From positions 27,449-91,448 of IMG/VR virus record IMGVR_UViG_3300008952_000019: a DNA stretch of 64,000 nt; one strand, written 5' to 3'. The position numbers were made by a program, and so were the translations under genes. Source of the DNA: a virus. Shown here piece by piece: positions 57,984-64,000 of this stretch. How positions within the stretch are numbered: position 1 is the first letter of the stretch; each line of letters begins with the position of its first letter. Under the pieces are notes generated by a model. That model saw only the letters and a list, made by a program, of their open reading frames with translations. It had not been told where the DNA came from and made no database searches.

Positions 57984-59716
57984 TATACTGCTCCTGGGAT
58001 TGGTGCCCCGCCTTGTTCGTTGCCTGCAATAGGTGATGCAGTTCCTTCAGCTGGAGGCATTCCTCCAGGTCCGCCTATGTCTCCTTCTTCGCCTGGCATA
58101 CCTTCATCAGTTGGCATAGGTTCCATCATATCTGTATCCATAGGTTTAACACCTACTGCTCCTAAACCACCTAGGTCTTCTGCTTCTTGATCTAATTGTG
58201 TATCCTGTTCGCCATTTTCTTGTCTCCACATTTGCTCATTTTCTACTATTTCATCTTCTGAAAGTCCTAAGTATTTTTTCATTGCAAAACGCTTAGACAT
58301 AAATGGTGCTTCTGCAAGTCCACTGAATACTGCTGATCTTGCTTGATCTACTTCTACTTCTCTATACTGACTAAAACTTTGTGGTTCTACAAAATTAAGT
58401 TCAAACGTACCCGAATCAATATTAATACCTTTCCACTTTAAAAACATTTTAAATTCTTTGTCAAATGTAGGTCCTAATAATGATTGTATACGCTGACAAT
58501 ATTTTGTAAATCTAAATTCTTGAATAAATGCCGTACCTACTCGTCCATCTACATAACTAGCCGTTCCGTCATCTGGGCCTGTAGGAAGGTAAGAACTAGG
58601 AATTCGTAACGCTCTTAAAATTTTATTTGTAAAGTACCTTAAATCATCAATCTGTCCTAAGTTCTCACCTCCCGGCAAAACTTCTACTTTAGATCCTCTT
58701 CCTTCTGATGTTTGTGCAAAGAAATAATCTTCCATTATTGAAAGAGGATTGTAACTAGCATCCATGATCGTTGTACCGCCCCCAGTTTTATTAGGTATTC
58801 TACGCTGATGGATTTCATTTTTCACACGTTCTACAAAACCCATTGCTTTGTGTGATGGCATGTTTCCTACATCTATGTAAAATACTCTACGTTCAGGGGC
58901 TCTTTGTACTCTGTAAATTATAATAGAATCTTCTAGTAATTCTTTTTGCTTGTACGTTTTAAATACAGGATCAAGTATGCTTTGTCCAAAAGGCCAATTT
59001 ATATCCATGCCTTCTGTCATACCTAAATGGACTATGTGGGTTGCATCAACACCATACTCTTCTTGCTCACCTCCACCATAACCCGAATTACCTTGACCGC
59101 CTCCAGTACCGTACTGACCTCGATCAATTATGCCTCCTCGTTGCATCGAAGTTACGGATGCAAATTGATCTTGGTGTGGTATAATATTTGAAGCAGTTTT
59201 TTCTTGTAAATTTAATGCTAAATTTCTAATAACATACTGTTCTGGTTCTTTACCTTTTGATTCATTAATGATAACTTTTGTAACATCCATCGGATTAACC
59301 CACATCCATTCGTATGTTTCTGGATCACGAATAAAAAACTGGTCTCCGTATTTGCATGTATTTCTATAAATTCTCCAAATTCGTTTATCCCAGTCGTTTA
59401 AGTTATTCCATTGTTCTAATGCTTTTTCTAATAATGCTACTTCTGTTTCTGTTGAATCTTCTTTCCAATTAACCTCAAAAGGTATATTTGTTTTATCATC
59501 AAATTGAGTTGAAAATTCTGCAATAGTATCTAAGGCTGCATTAACCTCAGAATCTATATCCATTTGGTCGTATTGAACATAACGTTCAATTCTATTTGGT
59601 TGTCCTGTATATACTTCTGGCAACCAAGAACCAAACTTGTTTGCACTTGTATGTGATTGTCCTACTTTTTTTGTGTTACCAAATTGGTAAACTGTAAAAT
59701 GTTTTTTCCAACTCAT
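57983..59716 (-). CDS. gp20: Portal protein (T4 gp20-like)
   Basis: LEDSIIIYRVQRAPERRVFYIDVGNMP, EDYFF...EGRGSKVEVLPGGENLG, ALRIPSSYL. Confidence 0.95.
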   Translation of the reverse strand: MSWKKHFTVYQFGNTKKVGQSHTSANKFGSWLPEVYTGQPNRIERYVQYDQMDIDSEVNAALDTIAEFSTQFDDKTNIPFEVNWKEDSTETEVALLEKALEQWNNLNDWDKRIWRIYRNTCKYGDQFFIRDPETYEWMWVNPMDVTKVIINESKGKEPEQYVIRNLALNLQEKTASNIIPHQDQFASVTSMQRGGIIDRGQYGTGGGQGNSGYGGGEQEEYGVDATHIVHLGMTEGMDINWPFGQSILDPVFKTYKQKELLEDSIIIYRVQRAPERRVFYIDVGNMPSHKAMGFVERVKNEIHQRRIPNKTGGGTTIMDASYNPLSIMEDYFFAQTSEGRGSKVEVLPGGENLGQIDDLRYFTNKILRALRIPSSYLPTGPDDGTASYVDGRVGTAFIQEFRFTKYCQRIQSLLGPTFDKEFKMFLKWKGINIDSGTFELNFVEPQSFSQYREVEVDQARSAVFSGLAEAPFMSKRFAMKKYLGLSEDEIVENEQMWRQENGEQDTQLDQEAEDLGGLGAVGVKPMDTDMMEPMPTDEGMPGEEGDIGGPGGMPPAEGTASPIAGNEQGGAPIPGAV

Positions 59717-59734
59717 AAATTATCCTGTTAGTAA

Positions 59735-59742
59735 TATTTATA
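59735..59742 (-). promoter_or_regulatory. T4 late promoter, exact TATAAATA
   Basis: 18 nt upstream of the portal ATG, with an AGGA SD in between. Confidence 0.8.
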
Positions 59743-59766
59743 TTATACATGAAAAGATTTGCATTG

Positions 59767-62280
59767 TCAACCAATAACTTCAGGCCCAGCGTGACCGCGG
59801 GTTAAAGGATCGTTATTTAATCTAGTATTTTCTTGGACTTGATGGGTTGCACTAGCCGTAAATTCACCTGCTTTTAGTAATTCATCTAACCTATCAATTA
59901 AAGCATCAAACTTTTGTAATATGCTTGTAGATGAAGCATCATTTTTTGCATCTGCTTCTTCTTTTGTATTTTGCAACAAATTTTTAATGTATTCGAACCC
60001 TTCTTCTCCTAATAATGTGCCTGCAATACCTCCACCTACACCGCCCATTAACATTCCTAAAGGACCAAGTAAAGCTCCTAATGATGCTCCCAATTTTGCT
60101 CCTGCAAAACCTCCTGCTATCCCTGAAGCAGTTTTACCATACATTGAGTAGAGTAAAGAATCTCTTTCTTCTGTTAGTTTTTTTCCTTCTTCAGTGTCTT
60201 CGCCGCCTGCGGCTTTAATTTTAGATTCGTATTCTTTATTAATATCTTCTCGTTTTGAAGCGGTTGCGGCTATGTTTAATGCAGCACCAACCCAACCTGC
60301 GGTTTTACCTACAAGTCCTCGGCCTGTCATTAATGCCTTCTTACCTTTAGCAGTAGGTTCTATACCATCCCTAAGTCCATTTGTATTTTTATATTCAACT
60401 CCATCTCGAACAAACGTGCCACCTTTTGGTATTGGTTTACCACCTATTTCGATTTCACCTCCGGTGAGTTCTTTTGCGCCTTCTCGTACATGACCCATAA
60501 TAGTTTTTTGAACTGCTTGTGTAATCTTGGCATTTTGGTCTTGGCTTCGATTAAGTGATCCTAAACCTTTATTTAACATTATCCCACCGCCAACAACAGC
60601 AGATCCTGCGGCAGTAGTTCCCATTGCTTCATTCATCGGTATACCAGCAAATGTGTTAAAAATTGCTTCACCGTAATCGAGGGCACTTGCATCAGATCCC
60701 ATTTTTTGATTTACATTTGCCATATTTCGAGCAAACGTGTTAACACTATCTGTAACCCATTCTAAAGATTTTTGAAATCCACTAGAACTAGTTAATGATT
60801 CAACAACTCCCATTAAAACAGATTGTAATTGTGCAGTAGTTTTATATAATAATCTATCGCCTTTTAGGATATCTTCGCCTGCCGCGTCCTGATCCTGCTG
60901 GGCCTTTAATCTGTCTGCAGCATTATTCCTGCCTTCTTTTGTAGTTCGTCGTTCTTCAGTTCTTAATGATTTCATTAACTGCATTGTTTGATTACTATGT
61001 TGTAATATTGCATATGTTTCGGCATCAAACGAATTTTGGCTATTTTTCATTGCAACGCTTAATCTTTCAAACATAGCAGGATCAATGTCTCCTTTAGTAA
61101 ACATTGCAATCATTTCATTTAGTACACCTCCTGCTTCTCCGAATAATGCACCAAATTCTGCACCAGCGTCAGTTGCTTCTAAACCCCTGCCTTGCATAAC
61201 TGCTTGTATTAACATTTCTTTTACTTCATCACCAGCAGTACCGAATCTAGCAAATAACTCATTAGAAACAAGACCTAAATTCTTTTCAAATTTTAGTGCA
61301 GCTTTGTCTTGACCTTGTTCTCGAAGCATCATGGCATGTCCTGCGGCATCTTCTCTAGATAATGTTTCTATTTGATTTTTGATCATATCTTTTCTATTAC
61401 GCCCAGTATCAATAGCATATAAAGACGCTTCTGCAGCTAATTTACTAAAGTTATCAACTAAGTTAGATGTACTTGTTTCAGCTGAAACTCCTCGCTTTCT
61501 ATCAGCATTTAAATATTCGCCAAGATAATCATTTATTTCCTCTACTTTAAGACCAAATGCTCCCCAAGGTTGCATTTGATTTTGAATATCATTTGACATT
61601 TGAGCAAATCGTAATGCTCCTTTATTCACTCCTTTTTCTAATGCTGCATTTCCGTTTACTATCTCAATCGAAGAATCATTTAAGTAATCTAATGTTGTGC
61701 CATATTGACCAGCTATCCGTTGAAAATCTGCAATACCTAAATTTCTTGCACTTAATGCCTGAGCAGTAGCAGTAATAGAGGCTCCTAACCCTTGACCTGT
61801 ATCTGTTAATGTACGTTGAACATCTGCTAATTTTGTTGCTGTTGCTATTGCTGCACTTGCTACTTGAGGTATAGTGCCAGGTATTAAATCTAACAGATTT
61901 TTTAAACCTCCAGAACCGGACATCATGTTAGTTATACCTCTTAACATTTGAGGTGCTTGGCTTCCGCCAAATTTCTTAACCCATTTAGTTTGTTCCTTAC
62001 CTTGTTTTAAAACTGCGGCAAACCAACTTTGAGATTGACGAACATTTTTATTAGAACTATGAGCAATATTACCTAAATGAGACGTTTGTTTACCTGATTG
62101 TGAAGCAGTAACTTGACTGGCTACTCCTACTCCTCCAATTGCTCCTGCTAAGTTACCAAAAGAAGTTTGTTGTTCCGCACTCATGCCCGACATTATACTA
62201 AGCAAATTAGATAATGTAGCTTCAGAAGCGTAATCAGGTAATTCTACTGTCGAACCGTCAGGTAATTGTGCTATTGCCAT
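59767..62280 (-). CDS. Tape-measure-like protein (about 837 aa)
   Basis: Helical, Ala/Gly-rich, C-terminal GGFAGAKLGASLGALLGPLG segment; start reassigned to MAIAQLPDG at 62280 because the listed start overlaps the divergent gene. Confidence 0.65.
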   Translation of the reverse strand: MAIAQLPDGSTVELPDYASEATLSNLLSIMSGMSAEQQTSFGNLAGAIGGVGVASQVTASQSGKQTSHLGNIAHSSNKNVRQSQSWFAAVLKQGKEQTKWVKKFGGSQAPQMLRGITNMMSGSGGLKNLLDLIPGTIPQVASAAIATATKLADVQRTLTDTGQGLGASITATAQALSARNLGIADFQRIAGQYGTTLDYLNDSSIEIVNGNAALEKGVNKGALRFAQMSNDIQNQMQPWGAFGLKVEEINDYLGEYLNADRKRGVSAETSTSNLVDNFSKLAAEASLYAIDTGRNRKDMIKNQIETLSREDAAGHAMMLREQGQDKAALKFEKNLGLVSNELFARFGTAGDEVKEMLIQAVMQGRGLEATDAGAEFGALFGEAGGVLNEMIAMFTKGDIDPAMFERLSVAMKNSQNSFDAETYAILQHSNQTMQLMKSLRTEERRTTKEGRNNAADRLKAQQDQDAAGEDILKGDRLLYKTTAQLQSVLMGVVESLTSSSGFQKSLEWVTDSVNTFARNMANVNQKMGSDASALDYGEAIFNTFAGIPMNEAMGTTAAGSAVVGGGIMLNKGLGSLNRSQDQNAKITQAVQKTIMGHVREGAKELTGGEIEIGGKPIPKGGTFVRDGVEYKNTNGLRDGIEPTAKGKKALMTGRGLVGKTAGWVGAALNIAATASKREDINKEYESKIKAAGGEDTEEGKKLTEERDSLLYSMYGKTASGIAGGFAGAKLGASLGALLGPLGMLMGGVGGGIAGTLLGEEGFEYIKNLLQNTKEEADAKNDASSTSILQKFDALIDRLDELLKAGEFTASATHQVQENTRLNNDPLTRGHAGPEVIG

Positions 62281-62291
62281 AATTTTTAGCC

Positions 62292-62315
62292 TATAAATAG
62301 TTATATATATATTTA
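62292..62315. promoter_or_regulatory. Face-to-face late promoters for a divergent gene pair
   Basis: TATAAATA on + (62292-62299) and TAAATA on - (62310-62315) in a 46-nt gap; AGGAGG SD before the ATG at 62327. Confidence 0.7.
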
Positions 62316-62326
62316 GTAGGAGGAAA

Positions 62327-63406
62327 ATGCCCGAAGATGCGAATGTCATTTTAAACGAATTTTACGACATTAAAGACTCTAAAGAAGAATTAGAAAAATT
62401 CATAGAAACATACAAAGACAATCCAGAAGCAGAACCTGTATTAAAAATAGCAAATCAAGCATTAGACAATTTTTCAACTGTACCTAATACACCTAAACCT
62501 GAAATAAAAAAGAAAACAGAAATAAAAAAACAGGCCGAAAAACCTAAAACATTTAGGCATACAGTTATTGAAACAGAATCTTCTAATCCTTTAATGCAGT
62601 ATTTTAGACCCCCTGGAGCGTATGTTGTTTTGCCTAGTAAAGGTAATTTTTACAAAGAAAAACCCGATCTATCAGTTTTAGGTGAAGTTTTAGTTAAACC
62701 TATGACTGCTAAGGACGAATTACAATTCAAATCACCTGATATTTTAATGAACGGAGATTCATTATTAACTGTAATAAAATCTTGTGTTCCTGGGATTAAA
62801 GATCCTAATGAAATACCGGCACCTGATTTCAGTGTTATTATGTTAGCAATTAGATTAGCAACATACGGTCAAGAATTACCGTATACTGCTCTTTGTTCTG
62901 ATTGTACAAATGAAACTGAGTTTATAGTAAATATTGAAAATTTGTTAGAAACAAAAATATCTACATTAAGTGATAACTATGTAATTGATTTAAACCAATT
63001 ACAAGTATATGTTAAACCGTATGATGTGTATTGTCAAACACGATCCTCTATAGCCAATTTTGAACAGGCTGCATTAACAAATAATATTATTTCAAATAAT
63101 GATTTATCGCAAGCAGAAAAAGCAAACGAATTTTCTAAATCATTTAATAAAATAACTGAAATATCATATGAACTTGTTTTAAAGTCTATTATAAAAGTTG
63201 CTACTCCTGATGAAGAAATAATTGATTTCGATCTAATAGCAGAATGGTTATACAATGTTGACAAACAAACATTTGAAAAAATAAGAGACAAAATATTAAT
63301 TGCAACAAATGAAGGGTTTGATGGTACTGTAAAGGTTAATTGTGAAAAATGCAGTAAAGAAAATAATGTATTTGTTCAATTCGATCCTACATCTTTTTTC
63401 GGCTAA
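62327..63406 (+). CDS. Baseplate hub / tail assembly chaperone (T4 gp26-like)
   Basis: NPLMQYFR...LPSKG, VKPMTAKDE, IRLATYG, two CxxC pairs (CSDC, CEKC), ends PTSFFG. Confidence 0.8.
   Translation: MPEDANVILNEFYDIKDSKEELEKFIETYKDNPEAEPVLKIANQALDNFSTVPNTPKPEIKKKTEIKKQAEKPKTFRHTVIETESSNPLMQYFRPPGAYVVLPSKGNFYKEKPDLSVLGEVLVKPMTAKDELQFKSPDILMNGDSLLTVIKSCVPGIKDPNEIPAPDFSVIMLAIRLATYGQELPYTALCSDCTNETEFIVNIENLLETKISTLSDNYVIDLNQLQVYVKPYDVYCQTRSSIANFEQAALTNNIISNNDLSQAEKANEFSKSFNKITEISYELVLKSIIKVATPDEEIIDFDLIAEWLYNVDKQTFEKIRDKILIATNEGFDGTVKVNCEKCSKENNVFVQFDPTSFFG
63394..63400 (+). other. Predicted -1 ribosomal frameshift heptamer T TTT TTC
   Basis: In-register X XXY YYZ heptamer one codon before the TAA; the -1 frame is open through 63630. 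Confidence 0.7.
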
Positions 63407-63630
63407 GGCTTTTGCAACTTCTTCCTGAAGAAATAGAGGAATTTGTTCAGGGTTATAAGAACGATGTAAAGGCCAGCATAAATGAAATAGTAGAGTTGGT
63501 AGTATTTTCTGAAGTGTTAGATTACAATCAGGCCTGGAACATGTCTAGGCTAGAAATAGAAATTTTTCTTGAGGCCCTTAAATCTAAGGCCGATGCTAAG
63601 TCTGGGAAGAAAAGGCAACAAAATCTTTAG
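63400..63630 (+). CDS. gp51-like/gpT-like C-terminal extension, probably expressed by -1 frameshift
   Basis: RLRLLQLLPEEI...LDYNQAWNMSRLEIEIFLEALK; only a TTG start without a properly spaced SD. Confidence 0.65.
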   Translation, partial: RLRLLQLLPEEIEEFVQGYKNDVKASINEIVELVVFSEVLDYNQAWNMSRLEIEIFLEALKSKADAKSGKKRQQNL

Positions 63631-64000
63631 AAGCCAATTTTTTCTAATTGTGTGATAGAGTTGCTTGCTGAAGTATGATGAACGCCAATACCTCCTGCTT
63701 TATTCCATTCATTAATATTTTGTTGATGGTCATCAATTAATACATTAGATCGACCGTCGTGCGATTTAGCAAAGTGTTTTTTATCCGGGCGTTTTACTGC
63801 ATACACTCTATCTTTGCTAATACCTAAGTTTTTTTCACACCACATTGCTTTTTGAATTCCTGCTGGAGGATCCCATATTAATCGAACAGCAGGAACAGCG
63901 GTTAATATATAAGGTTGGAAAGTTGATATAAATCCCCAAAGTTGTTTCATATCAGGCATAGGAGGTAACTCTGCCCAAAATAATTTTTCTTCTGCTAATT
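63627..64000 (-). CDS. HAD-family 5'(3')-deoxyribonucleotidase-like protein, partial
   Basis: Frame open to the window edge (LAEEKLFWAELPPMPD); ILTA, QKAMW, LIDD...NINEWNKAGGIGVHH motifs. Confidence 0.8.
   Translation of the reverse strand, partial: LAEEKLFWAELPPMPDMKQLWGFISTFQPYILTAVPAVRLIWDPPAGIQKAMWCEKNLGISKDRVYAVKRPDKKHFAKSHDGRSNVLIDDHQQNINEWNKAGGIGVHHTSASNSITQLEKIGF

Noticed and set aside
575-63291. Numerous short opposite-strand or out-of-frame ORFs in the track (e.g. 21731-22108, 31603-32013, 32463-32888, 57349-57672, 60194-60493)
   Set aside because: Wholly or largely inside long, motif-bearing ORFs; compositions are typical antisense shadows with no SD or recognisable motifs
1-64000. 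Alternative genetic code (stop-codon reassignment as in some jumbo phages)
   Set aside because: Standard-code ORFs tile the window; TAA, TAG and TGA all terminate genes at sensible boundaries
1-64000. tRNA genes, introns, inteins or homing endonucleases
   Set aside because: Intergenic gaps are about 100 nt or less with no cloverleaf seen; portal, protease and capsid genes are uninterrupted

Overview
AT-rich, gene-dense segment of a large T4-like (probably jumbo) myovirus genome; nearly everything is on the minus strand and read in the standard code. Right end (53.1-64.0 kb): head morphogenesis block (gp20-like portal, small conserved protein, acidic core protein, gp21-like protease, gp22-like scaffold, short gp23-like major capsid protein), a tape-measure-like gene, and a divergently transcribed gp26-like hub/tail chaperone that ends on a TTTTTTC slippery heptamer with an open -1 frame. 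From 1 to 53 kb lies a very large run of modular fibre/appendage genes (PKD, FN3, CBM5/12-like, gp38-like Gly-rich, beta-helix and many short repeats). Top findings: (1) a 1970-aa virion-type protein with four nested CxRD domains that resemble the phycobiliprotein bilin-attachment helix; (2) a seven-gene cassette among the fibre genes encoding a U32-type Fe-S enzyme fused to a methyltransferase, a dUTPase-fold protein, a DUF401-like transporter and a putative fibre tip with chaperones; (3) a PQQ sugar-dehydrogenase propeller fused to a fibre stalk and flanked by fibre proteins carrying type-1-copper-like motifs; (4) a predicted -1 frameshift in the gp26-like gene. All family assignments come from motif recognition by eye; no database searches were run.
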